Source: an uncultured Verrucomicrobiota bacterium
GTDB lineage: Bacteria > Verrucomicrobiota > Kiritimatiellia > SLAD01
DNA: 61,241 nucleotides
Direction of reading: 5' to 3'
Assembly: GCA_964425945.1 (NCBI GenBank)
Contig: CAYRPR010000001.1
Coordinates: 1 to 61,241 of the forward strand
Shown: one piece after another, positions 27,788 through 36,766 of the stretch
Position numbering within the stretch: the first letter of the stretch is position 1
Layout of the letters: each line of letters starts with the position of its first letter
Made by a program: the position numbers and the translations under genes
The notes under the pieces: model-generated
What the model was told of the DNA's origin: nothing
Seen by the model: the letters and a program-made list of their open reading frames with translations, nothing else
The model's database searches: none

Positions 27788-30700
27788 ATGCGATCCGCCA
27801 GACTAGCCGGACTTGCTTTGCTGTGGGCCGCGATGTGGCTCCTGTCCGGCGTCCGCGACGCGTCAGCAGCCGGATACAGCGTCTCCTCCTGCGGAGGGGT
27901 GGCGGCGTGCAGTGGCAACTTCTGTTACTGCTGTGACTCCGAAGGCGTCTATAACGGCGGCAATTGCGTGTGGTACACATGGAATCGCCGGTGCCAGGCC
28001 GGCGAGAAACTGACTTGGTGTACGGACGCCCACAAATGGGCGGCGGACGCGAAATCGCGCGGATGGCCCGTCTGCAGCGTGCCCAAGGTCGGAGCGATCG
28101 GCGTCTACTCGGGACAGCATGTCGGCTACGTGGATGCCATTGAAGGCGATTATGTGTGGACCCGTGAGCAGGCCTGCTGGGGATTCTCCGGCGTCAAATA
28201 TATCAAGCGTCATAAGAGTTATTGGGATCTTGGCTATATCTACTTCAAAAATGACTCGTGTGCGCCTACCACCGGCAATCTGAAGGTGACGATTGAGCCA
28301 TCGGGTGCGCGTAGCGCGGGTGCGCAGTGGCGCCGTACGGGTACGAGCACGTGGCGGAACAGCGGGTACACGGAGACGGGTCTTTCGACGGGCAGCAAGA
28401 CGGTGGAATTCAAGACGATCTCGAACTGGGACAAGCCGGCCAACGCGAGCATCACGGTCAACGCGGGCCAGACGGCTTCGATGACGAAGACGTACGTTCG
28501 TCACAAGGGCTCGCTGAAGGTGACGATCAACCCCTCGGACGCGCGCACGGCGGGCGCGAAGTGGCGCCGGACGGGCACGAGTACCTGGCGTGACAGCGGT
28601 GCTACGGAGTCGAACATCGACACGGGCACGTACACGGTGGAGTTCAACACGTTGGCCAGTCCGTGGATCAAGCCTTCGAACATCAGCGTATCGATCACGA
28701 AGAACAATACGACGTCGGCCACGGCGCGTTATAACCGACCGCCGGTTCTGGCGTCGCCGGGCAGTCATTTTGTGCATGTCGGCGCGTTGTTGACGTTCCC
28801 GGTGACGGCGACGGACGCGGATGGCGACGCGATCACATTGAGTATGGCGAGCGCGCCGTCGGGTGCGACGCTGGTCTCGACGGGCGGTGTGGGTACATTG
28901 CGGTATACGCCGACGTTGGCGCAGTCCGGCGGGACCTTCACGCCGAGCTTCACGGCGACGGACGCGCTGAACGCGAAGGATACGAAGAGCGGGACGATCC
29001 AGGTGGGTTCGCCGCCGACGATCGATCCGATTGCGCCCCAGCGCGCGCGTGTGGGGCAGTTGTACGAGTTGGACGTGCAGGCCGACGATCCGAACGGCGA
29101 CGTGATTACGTTGACGATGGGCAACGCCCCCTCCGGGGCGGTGTTCGATCCGGGCGATGGCCGTCATGGCGTGTTCACGTTCACGCCGGAGTCGTCGCAG
29201 GGCGGCGAGGTGCATGACATCGTATTCACGGCCAGTGATGCGGACGGTCAGCACAGTGTGACGGTCACGCTGATCATCGGCGCGCCGCCGGTGTTACAGC
29301 CGGTTGACGACGTGGCGCTGACCGCGGGTCAGATCGCGAGCTTTACGGTAACCGCGGCGGATCCGAACAACGATGCGAAGACGTTTACGATGACGGGCGC
29401 GCCGGAGACGGCGACGCTGACGGGCTCGGGCGATAGCCGTACGTTTTCATACACGGCGCTGGAGTCGGAGAAGGGGATCGCGTTCGACATCACGTTCCAG
29501 GTGTCGGAGATCGACGGCGAGGACAGCGCGACGATGCGTCTTCGTGTGCAGGGTCCGCCGGAGTTCGTTGAGATCCCGCCGCAACGGGTGGTCATTACGA
29601 ATGAGCTGGAACTGGCGGTGGAAGCGGTGGATCCGGACGGGGACGCGATGACGTTTTCGATGACCGACGCGCCGCCGTCGGCCGTGTTCGAGACGCACGC
29701 GTCGGGCGGGACGTTCCGTTACACGCCTTCGGCGGAGGAGGGGGCGCAGACCTATACGGTGACGTTCACGGCCTCGGCGATCGACGGGGTGACGGGGATG
29801 GAGGTGCCGGTTCTGGTGGGCGTGCCGCCGTTGATGACGGCGCCGGTGACACAGCAAGTGGCCAAGTTTAACCTGCTGGAGTTCGAGGTGAGCGCCTCGG
29901 ACCTGAACGACGACGAACTGGTATTAAGCGTGGCTTCGTTGCCGGAGAACGCGGAGTTCGAGGTGGATGGGCCGGTGGGGGTGTTCCGGTTCACGCCGTC
30001 GTCGTTCCAGGGCGATCAGGATTACGCGGTGGTGTTCCGGGTCGAGGACGGGCTCGACGGATACGATGAGCGTACGGTGGACATTCGCGTGCTCGACGAC
30101 GACATGTACGAGCAGAACGATCTGATGGAGGAGGCGACCGACTTCAATCCATATCGTGGGATGACGCGTCCGGCGAAGCAGTCGGACGACGACTGGTATT
30201 ACATTGACCTGCCGTTCGGCCGTCAACGGGTCAGCGTGGATGTGCAGTTCGACCGTGAGTTGGGCGATATGCAGACCGTGTTGTACAACGCGCAGGGTGT
30301 GGTGGTGGGATACGGCGTTACGATGGCATCGGGATTGGAGTTGCATGCGGATAGTCCCTATTTTGGGCGGCACTATCTGGTGATATTTGGAGAGAACGTT
30401 GGGAATGGATACGCGCTCCTGTGGGATCACGCGGATTCGTGGGACGGTTGCGTCGGGGCGGATGACGCCTATGCGCCGAATCACACGCGGGATACGGCGG
30501 TGGTGTTGACGTCGGGTGAATGGCTGACGGACGGGTTGGGCGTGGGGATCGCGGGTCCGGCGGACTGGTATGTGATCGATGTTCCGGGCGGTGAGGAATG
30601 GTTGAGCGTTACGAGTATCTACGGTCAGGTGGAGCATCCGTTGCGATTGGAGGTGTACGATCCGGACGGCGAGTTGATTGCTTCGGTGGATGGTGCGGAT

Positions 30701-33517
30701 GGCCGGGTGGAGTGGAGCGGCGCGCTGGTATCGCGCGGGGCGCATGCGGTGAAGATCGAGTCGGTGAACGATCCGGTGTGCATTCCGTATGATCTGATTG
30801 TGCATACGGCGCCTCGTGAGAATCTTCCGGTGGAATATCTGTCGGGACGTTATGTGCGTTTGCCGGTATCGGTGTCGGATCAACCGGGCCGCTGGCTGGC
30901 GCCGGACCCGTCGGAAGGAGGGCGGTACAACGCCGCGGGAGCCGGTGGCCGGACGGGTCCGGACTTCTGGGGCAATGTGCCGGCGTTGGCCAACCAGGTG
31001 ATCGGGTTGGGCGGCTCGGTGCGTACGAACGGGTTGGACTGGCATCAGGCGCCGATGATTACGCGTTTGAGCGCAGGGAGCTGGAACCGGTTGTCGATCG
31101 AAGGGGAGCCGTTCGAGGGGCTGTATTTTCAGCGGGTGGTGGAGTTCGAGGAGGGCGACCGGGTGGTGGTGGTGCGCGACCAGTTGCTGAACCTGACCGA
31201 TGAGTCGCTGGAATCACTGCTTACGATGGACAGTGTGAACCCGACGCCGGACTACGCGCAGGCGGATCTGCGCACGGCGAACGACGTGCGGACGGTGTTT
31301 GATCGGCCGGATCTGGTGACGGCGTCGTCGTTGTTGAGCGGGCGGACGGTGGCGTTGGGCTCGTCGCATCCGGCGGCGGTGCCGGACGCGTCGTTCCTGA
31401 GCCGGGTGAATCCCTACACGGTGCTGGCTTCGCCGAACGATCCGGACGGTGCGGCGGCGAATCTGTCGGTGAAGCTGATTCTGAATCACGATCAACTCGG
31501 CGCGAATGAGTCGACCGAGGTTCTGTGGTATCTCGTGTTCGGGTCGGACGCGGATGATGCGGCGGATCAATTTGAGATTGCGGTGATGCGTAACGAGTGG
31601 GATGACGACGCGTTTGAGCCGAATGATGAGTTGGTTGGGGCGGTGGATGTGTCGGGTCAGTCCGGTGCGCGTTTGCGGGCGATCCAGGCCAACGATGACT
31701 GGTACGCGATCGAGTTGCCGATCGGGGTGCAGGACGTGAATGTGGAGGCTCGTTTTGCGCGGGCGCACGGCGACGTGCAGATCGACCTTTATTCGGCGGA
31801 CGGGGACTGGCTGTGCGGGTCGGAATTGACCGACGAGGGCGCGACGCTTTCCTGTGTGGCGGCGGCGCACGGGATCGTTTATCTGCGCGTGTGGGGGGAT
31901 GATTCGGGGAACGTGTACGATCTGGTCTGGACCGCCGGAAGCTCGTGGGGCGGGTGTGCGGGGTCGGTGGACGATGGGTTCGAGCCGAACAACAGCCGGG
32001 ATGAAGCGGGCTTGCTGGCGCCGGGGGTGTGGGGCGCGCTGCAGTCGGGCGGCATGCTGGTGGCGGGAGATGATGACTGGTATGCGCTGGAGTTGACGCC
32101 GGATCAGGTGGCGTTGACCGTAACCAGTGCCCACCATGCGGCGCACGGCGACCTGGCCCTGGAACTGTACGATTGGACCGGGACGCTGTTGCACGCGGTG
32201 GACACGGCGTCGGACTACGAGGTGCTTGCGTTCACGGTGCCCCGGGAAGGGCGGTACTATCTGCGGGTTGTTCCGCCCGCGAGTGGTGCGACGTGCAATC
32301 CGTACGATCTGATCTGGAGCGGGGAACCGTCTGCGGATCCGGCGTCGGATGCGATTCATCTGTACGGACGGTATTTGTATCTGCCGATTCAGCGGACGGG
32401 CGAACCGGGGCGGATGGTCCTGTCGGATCAGAGTGCGGGGTTGCGTTACGATGCGTCGGGGGTGGACGGCTTCGGGGGCGTGGATATCTGGCGTTACCTG
32501 ACGATTCCGTGCGCGCATTACATCGGCTGGGACGGTTCGCAGGTGGTGACGAACGGCAAGGGCTGGGCGTCGGGTCCGGTGGTGGAGAAGCTGAGTGCGG
32601 GCGACTTGAATCATGCCCGTATCAGCGGTACGCCGAAGGATGGTCTGTTGTTCGTCCGTGACGTGCGCTTCATGGATGGCGACCGCGTGATCCTGATTGA
32701 AGATGTGCTGGTCAACGAGGGGGTTGATCCGTTGGACCAGGTGCTGACGATGGATACTTTCCATCCGAATCCGGACTATGACGAGGGCATCCTCAACACC
32801 CGTAACTATGTGACCGCGCTATACCGGGATTTCGAACTGGCAGTGGCCGAGGCGACGCTTTCCGGAATCACACTGGCGGTGGGTTCGGAAAGTCCGTATG
32901 CGGTGGTGGACGCCTCCTTCCTGAGCCGGCAGAACCCCTATACGGTATTGAATGCGCCGAATCATCCGTCGGGTCAGGAGGCGAACTTCTCGCTCAAGAT
33001 GTTGATGAACTATGGCGCCGTGCCGCCGGGTGCGGCCGTGACCGGTCGCTGGGAAATCGTCGTGGGGGTTTCGCGGGCCGAGGCGATAACGCTGTGGCGT
33101 GAGTTGGGGGCGGATCAGCCGGCGATGATGGACATGCAGGGTTCCAGCCTGCCGGACTGGTGGGAGATCGCGTATTTCGGCGGATCGGTCGACCCGGATG
33201 CCGATGAGGATGGAGACGGCATGAGCAATCTCCGGGAGTACCTCGCGGGCACGGACCCCCATGATCCGGAGAGCGTATTCCGCGTGGACTTCAGCGTTCC
33301 GGTTTTCGATCCGCTCATCCCGGGCGGTCCGGTTCTTCACTTTGAGATCCAGCCGGGCCGTCGCGGCACGCTGTTGTACGGGACCAACCTGTTCGGTCCG
33401 TTCTGGCCGTTCCCGGATGCGCCGAGCGGTCCCGGCCGCCATTCCGTGACCGATCATTGGGATCGGATCGAAGGCACCATGTACTATTTATTGCGATTAG
33501 ATGAACCCCAACAATAA
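27788..33517 (+). CDS. Giant exported CHAP-domain protein: CHAP, 2 PEGA-like, 5 cadherin-like Ig, 2x[PPC-PPC-unknown module], Ca-type repeat, terminal beta-sandwich
   Basis: Start at MRSARL with the signal 'ALLWAAMWLLSGVRDASA'. CHAP Cys in 'GGNCVWYTW' (27965) and His in 'GQHVGYV' (28118). Five ~91-aa 'D.(D/N)GD..T..M...P.GA......G.F.(Y/F)TP' repeats. Four PPC-like 'E(P/Q)N(D/N)...DDDWY' domains. C-terminal segment 'DGDGMSNLREYLAGTDPHDPES'. Confidence 0.85.
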   Translation: MRSARLAGLALLWAAMWLLSGVRDASAAGYSVSSCGGVAACSGNFCYCCDSEGVYNGGNCVWYTWNRRCQAGEKLTWCTDAHKWAADAKSRGWPVCSVPKVGAIGVYSGQHVGYVDAIEGDYVWTREQACWGFSGVKYIKRHKSYWDLGYIYFKNDSCAPTTGNLKVTIEPSGARSAGAQWRRTGTSTWRNSGYTETGLSTGSKTVEFKTISNWDKPANASITVNAGQTASMTKTYVRHKGSLKVTINPSDARTAGAKWRRTGTSTWRDSGATESNIDTGTYTVEFNTLASPWIKPSNISVSITKNNTTSATARYNRPPVLASPGSHFVHVGALLTFPVTATDADGDAITLSMASAPSGATLVSTGGVGTLRYTPTLAQSGGTFTPSFTATDALNAKDTKSGTIQVGSPPTIDPIAPQRARVGQLYELDVQADDPNGDVITLTMGNAPSGAVFDPGDGRHGVFTFTPESSQGGEVHDIVFTASDADGQHSVTVTLIIGAPPVLQPVDDVALTAGQIASFTVTAADPNNDAKTFTMTGAPETATLTGSGDSRTFSYTALESEKGIAFDITFQVSEIDGEDSATMRLRVQGPPEFVEIPPQRVVITNELELAVEAVDPDGDAMTFSMTDAPPSAVFETHASGGTFRYTPSAEEGAQTYTVTFTASAIDGVTGMEVPVLVGVPPLMTAPVTQQVAKFNLLEFEVSASDLNDDELVLSVASLPENAEFEVDGPVGVFRFTPSSFQGDQDYAVVFRVEDGLDGYDERTVDIRVLDDDMYEQNDLMEEATDFNPYRGMTRPAKQSDDDWYYIDLPFGRQRVSVDVQFDRELGDMQTVLYNAQGVVVGYGVTMASGLELHADSPYFGRHYLVIFGENVGNGYALLWDHADSWDGCVGADDAYAPNHTRDTAVVLTSGEWLTDGLGVGIAGPADWYVIDVPGGEEWLSVTSIYGQVEHPLRLEVYDPDGELIASVDGADGRVEWSGALVSRGAHAVKIESVNDPVCIPYDLIVHTAPRENLPVEYLSGRYVRLPVSVSDQPGRWLAPDPSEGGRYNAAGAGGRTGPDFWGNVPALANQVIGLGGSVRTNGLDWHQAPMITRLSAGSWNRLSIEGEPFEGLYFQRVVEFEEGDRVVVVRDQLLNLTDESLESLLTMDSVNPTPDYAQADLRTANDVRTVFDRPDLVTASSLLSGRTVALGSSHPAAVPDASFLSRVNPYTVLASPNDPDGAAANLSVKLILNHDQLGANESTEVLWYLVFGSDADDAADQFEIAVMRNEWDDDAFEPNDELVGAVDVSGQSGARLRAIQANDDWYAIELPIGVQDVNVEARFARAHGDVQIDLYSADGDWLCGSELTDEGATLSCVAAAHGIVYLRVWGDDSGNVYDLVWTAGSSWGGCAGSVDDGFEPNNSRDEAGLLAPGVWGALQSGGMLVAGDDDWYALELTPDQVALTVTSAHHAAHGDLALELYDWTGTLLHAVDTASDYEVLAFTVPREGRYYLRVVPPASGATCNPYDLIWSGEPSADPASDAIHLYGRYLYLPIQRTGEPGRMVLSDQSAGLRYDASGVDGFGGVDIWRYLTIPCAHYIGWDGSQVVTNGKGWASGPVVEKLSAGDLNHARISGTPKDGLLFVRDVRFMDGDRVILIEDVLVNEGVDPLDQVLTMDTFHPNPDYDEGILNTRNYVTALYRDFELAVAEATLSGITLAVGSESPYAVVDASFLSRQNPYTVLNAPNHPSGQEANFSLKMLMNYGAVPPGAAVTGRWEIVVGVSRAEAITLWRELGADQPAMMDMQGSSLPDWWEIAYFGGSVDPDADEDGDGMSNLREYLAGTDPHDPESVFRVDFSVPVFDPLIPGGPVLHFEIQPGRRGTLLYGTNLFGPFWPFPDAPSGPGRHSVTDHWDRIEGTMYYLLRLDEPQQ
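28269..33486 (+). repeat. Copy 1 of a 5.2-kb direct repeat (partner at +11,112 nt)
   Basis: By hand alignment, the first ~346 nt differ from copy 2 at 31 positions. From 28615 to 33486 the forward and reverse-frame ORF translations of the two copies are all identical. Confidence 0.9.
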
Positions 33518-33526
33518 GGTGAAATA

Positions 33527-34237
33527 ATGACGCCTATGCACATGGCTCGAATAATGAAGATGGTCATGGCCGCTTCGACCGTTCTCGGCGGTCTGGTGTG
33601 CCAGGGACTTGCCCTAACGCCGACCCACCACCTGGTAAACAACATGGGGGGGCATATGAGCGCGGCGTCCTATTCCACGTACTCGGCCGGTGCCCAAGGT
33701 CATCCGGTGGGCGTGATCGCCGACACGGAGGATATATGGAGCAAGACGATCTACAACTTCACCGGTTTCATTCAGCCGGACGACATCGATCTGCTGGAGG
33801 ATACGGATGGTGACGGCATCGCGGATGTCGTGGATCCCGATATGGACGGCGACGGGCTCTCCAATATCGACGAGTTGTTCGGTTCGTGGTTCGGCGGCGT
33901 GGCGACCGATCCCAAGAGGGGGGACACGAGTGGGAATGGCACATCGGATTACGAGCATTGGATGACGGGCACCAATCCCACCGATCCGGAAAGCCAGCTT
34001 CGCATAACGGAGGTTATTTACAATTCGCCGACCGACGTGCGCATCCGGTTCAGGAGCGTCGGTGGACGGCAATATGAACTATCTCGATCCACGACGCTTG
34101 AGGGCCTGCTGGACGCGCCGTCCATCGACGGCATTGAAGGGGTGCCCGGCCAGGGCCCCTTCAATGAGGGTATAACCGAGTTCATCGATGTGCCGTTCGG
34201 TGAGGATTATTATTATCGTGTGCGATTGGTTCCGTAG
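33527..34237 (+). CDS. Exported protein with thrombospondin-type-3-like Ca-binding repeats and 'YYYRVRL' beta-sandwich C-terminus
   Basis: 'DTDGDGIADVVDPDMDGDGLSNIDE', 'GNGTSDYEHWMTGTNPTDPESQLRI', and terminal 'YYYRVRLVP'. Confidence 0.7.
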   Translation: MTPMHMARIMKMVMAASTVLGGLVCQGLALTPTHHLVNNMGGHMSAASYSTYSAGAQGHPVGVIADTEDIWSKTIYNFTGFIQPDDIDLLEDTDGDGIADVVDPDMDGDGLSNIDELFGSWFGGVATDPKRGDTSGNGTSDYEHWMTGTNPTDPESQLRITEVIYNSPTDVRIRFRSVGGRQYELSRSTTLEGLLDAPSIDGIEGVPGQGPFNEGITEFIDVPFGEDYYYRVRLVP

Positions 34238-34267
34238 TTCATGAAATCACAAAATGGGAGTAGCGAT

Positions 34268-34723
34268 ATGAAGGCATGGCTGATGATGCTGGGCATGATG
34301 ACAGCGGGCACGGTGTTCGCACACATGGTGGCGGAAGGGGAGGAACATGAATTCCACGAAAGTGAAATCCCCATCAGCATGACGACGGACGCGGACGGAC
34401 GACACTTCCTGCTGGCGGCGGACGCGCACGCTGTGGAGGCGACGCCGACATGGGATGGATCGGGCGAGCCGCCCCTGTCCACGGGTAAGGCGCTTGCCCT
34501 GGCCATTGACTGGCTGAAGGAGAACGAACCTGATTTCAGTGAGTTCCATGCGGAGCGTATCACCCTCCAGCGCGTCTGGCATGAGGGACTCGAAGATCGC
34601 TGGATCGCCGCTGTGACGGTTCGCGCTGTCGGATCGCTGGGACGCGTCAAGGTGTCGCACGATTTCGAGGTGGCTGTGCTGATGGACGAAACCGTAGTAG
34701 GACCGCAGGAGGTAAAACCATGA
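34268..34723 (+). CDS. Small exported hypothetical protein
   Basis: Start chosen at MKAWLMMLGMMTAGTVFA (signal peptide). About 150 aa, no motif recognised. Confidence 0.5.
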   Translation: MKAWLMMLGMMTAGTVFAHMVAEGEEHEFHESEIPISMTTDADGRHFLLAADAHAVEATPTWDGSGEPPLSTGKALALAIDWLKENEPDFSEFHAERITLQRVWHEGLEDRWIAAVTVRAVGSLGRVKVSHDFEVAVLMDETVVGPQEVKP

Positions 34724-34760
34724 CGGATGCGAACGCCAATGCAACCAACGGAGAGATGCT

Positions 34761-35744
34761 ATGAAAAAAATGCTTACCATACTGTTTGCGGCGTGGATCG
34801 CCGCGGCCATGGCGCAAGCCGGACCGCCCGATCTGATGAATTACCAGGGGCGCCTGGTCGATACGAATGGTGACCCGGTCAACGGGACCGTATCCGTCGT
34901 CGTACGCATCTTCACGCAGGCGAGCGGCGGAACCGAAATCTGGGAGCAGAACGTCGGGAATGTCGATGTCGCCGGGGGCATGTACACCCTGCAGTTCGGC
35001 GACGCCGGTCTGATCGGCGCGTTCAACAATGCCGAGACCTGGTTGGAGCTGGAGGTCAACAGCGAAACGCTCAGCCCCCGTCACCGTTTGTCATCCGTGC
35101 CGTACGCGCTGCGCGCAGCCGTTGCCGACCAGCTTGGAACACCGCTGGCCGGCATACCAACCGGCGGCATCGCTATCTGGAGCGGAACGCTGCAGGACGT
35201 GCCCGAGGGGTGGGTGTTGTGCGACGGAGACAATGACACGCCTGACCTGCGCGAGCTGTTCATCATGGGCGCGGCGACCGGTCAGGACCCGGGTGATACG
35301 GGCGGCGCACACACCCTGACGCTGGCAGTGAATCAGATGCCGGCTCACACGCACACCGCAACAGCCGGAAGCGCGGGGTCGCACTCGCATTCCGCGTCCA
35401 CCGGTTCGGGAGGGAGCCACTCCAATCACGGAGGGACAACTGGTAGCGGAGGAAGTCACAGCCACTCGATGCCCGCGGACAATTCCCTGGGTTCTCAAAC
35501 CGGACGAATCGGCGGCGGCGTGGGCGGATCGCGAACATCGCAAAGCGAAGAGGGCTTTAACTCGCGGAATCACAGTCACTCCGTCAACAGCCTCAGTTCG
35601 GGCGGCGCTCATACGCATTCGGCGGTAACGGCAAATGCCGCCGGGAGTCATAACCACACGGTCACCGTGAATTCCACCGGTTCGGGCGAGTCCATTGAGA
35701 ACCGCCCGGCGTTTTACGCGTTGGCGTTCATTATGAAGCTGTAA
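34761..35744 (+). CDS. Sec-signal-bearing phage-tail-collar/fibre-like protein with HxH ladder (paralog 1)
   Basis: Signal 'ILFAAWIAAAMAQA'. Collar-like 'PEGWVLCDGDNDTPDLRELF'. Motifs HTH, HSH, HSNH, HSH, then an insert, then HSH, HTH, HNH. Ends 'ENRPAFYALAFIMKL'. Confidence 0.85.
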   Translation: MKKMLTILFAAWIAAAMAQAGPPDLMNYQGRLVDTNGDPVNGTVSVVVRIFTQASGGTEIWEQNVGNVDVAGGMYTLQFGDAGLIGAFNNAETWLELEVNSETLSPRHRLSSVPYALRAAVADQLGTPLAGIPTGGIAIWSGTLQDVPEGWVLCDGDNDTPDLRELFIMGAATGQDPGDTGGAHTLTLAVNQMPAHTHTATAGSAGSHSHSASTGSGGSHSNHGGTTGSGGSHSHSMPADNSLGSQTGRIGGGVGGSRTSQSEEGFNSRNHSHSVNSLSSGGAHTHSAVTANAAGSHNHTVTVNSTGSGESIENRPAFYALAFIMKL

Positions 35745-35762
35745 ACAACGGAGTACACAATC

Positions 35763-36749
35763 ATGAAAACTATGATAATTACCTGTATCTGCGCGGCGGC
35801 CCTGCTGGTCGGCGCGACGGTTCGCGCCGAGGCGCCGCCATCGTCCATCTATTACCAGGGGCGTCTGCTCGATGCCGGCGGCGATCCGGTGGACGCGACC
35901 ATTGACGTCGAAGTGCGCCTATTCACCGAGGAAAGCGGCGGCACGGCGGTGTGGAGCCAGGCGCTTTCCGATATCTCCGTGGTCAACGGCCTCTACAGCT
36001 TCTTCTTCGGTGACGGAGGCCTGGCTGAAGCATTGGCCAACGACTCCGTCTGGCTCGAGTCAGAGGTTGACGGAGAAACCCTCGCACCGCGGCAGCGGTT
36101 GATATCCGTTCCTTACGCCCTGCGCGCCGCAACGGCCGGCCAATTGGATCCTCCGATGTCGGGCGTGCCGACCGGCGTGATCATCATGTGGAGCGGCGGT
36201 CTGGGCGAAATACCGGACGGATGGGCCTTGTGCGACGGTCTGAACGGAACGCCGGACCTGCGTGAACGGTTTGTGATGGGCGCGGGGGTCGAGGACGATG
36301 TCGGCGACATCGTCGGCGCCAACTCCCTCGTGCTTACCGCCGGTCAACTGCCATCCCACGCGCATACCGGATCGCTGGAACTGGCGGGCGCACATGCGCA
36401 CACATCACCCAACGCCCCCTCCGGCGGATCACACACCCATTCCGGCGGGGCGATCAACAATTCCGGGAGCCACACCCACTCCATCCGGTATGGAAATTAC
36501 AGCGAAACCGGCCGAGGTCGTCCGGGTGGCAAATACGGTAACTACACTCAGTTCAACGTGACGTCCGTGTCCGGAGGGAATCACACGCATACGTACAGCG
36601 TGTCGAGCGCGGGGAACCACACGCATACCCTCACTGTGAGTACGACCAACACCCATGCCCACACCGTAACCCTGGAACAAACCGGCGGGAGCGAGGCGAT
36701 CGACAATCGGCCCGCCTATTTCGCACTGGCCTTCATCATGAAGCTGTAA
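35763..36749 (+). CDS. Sec-signal-bearing phage-tail-collar/fibre-like protein with HxH ladder (paralog 2)
   Basis: Signal 'AAALLVGATVRA'. 'PDGWALCDGLNGTPDLRERF'. Motifs HAH, HAH, HTH, HTH, then an insert, then HTH, HTH, HAH. Ends 'DNRPAYFALAFIMKL'. Confidence 0.85.
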   Translation: MKTMIITCICAAALLVGATVRAEAPPSSIYYQGRLLDAGGDPVDATIDVEVRLFTEESGGTAVWSQALSDISVVNGLYSFFFGDGGLAEALANDSVWLESEVDGETLAPRQRLISVPYALRAATAGQLDPPMSGVPTGVIIMWSGGLGEIPDGWALCDGLNGTPDLRERFVMGAGVEDDVGDIVGANSLVLTAGQLPSHAHTGSLELAGAHAHTSPNAPSGGSHTHSGGAINNSGSHTHSIRYGNYSETGRGRPGGKYGNYTQFNVTSVSGGNHTHTYSVSSAGNHTHTLTVSTTNTHAHTVTLEQTGGSEAIDNRPAYFALAFIMKL

Positions 36750-36766
36750 AAAACGGAGAAGATTAC

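Noticed and set aside
28269-28614. A diversity-generating retroelement (template/variable repeat) as the explanation for the diverged 5' part of the giant-gene repeat.
   Set aside because: The 31 hand-counted mismatches are not adenine-specific (C/T, G/A, G/T, G/C and others). No reverse transcriptase or accessory gene is present in the window.
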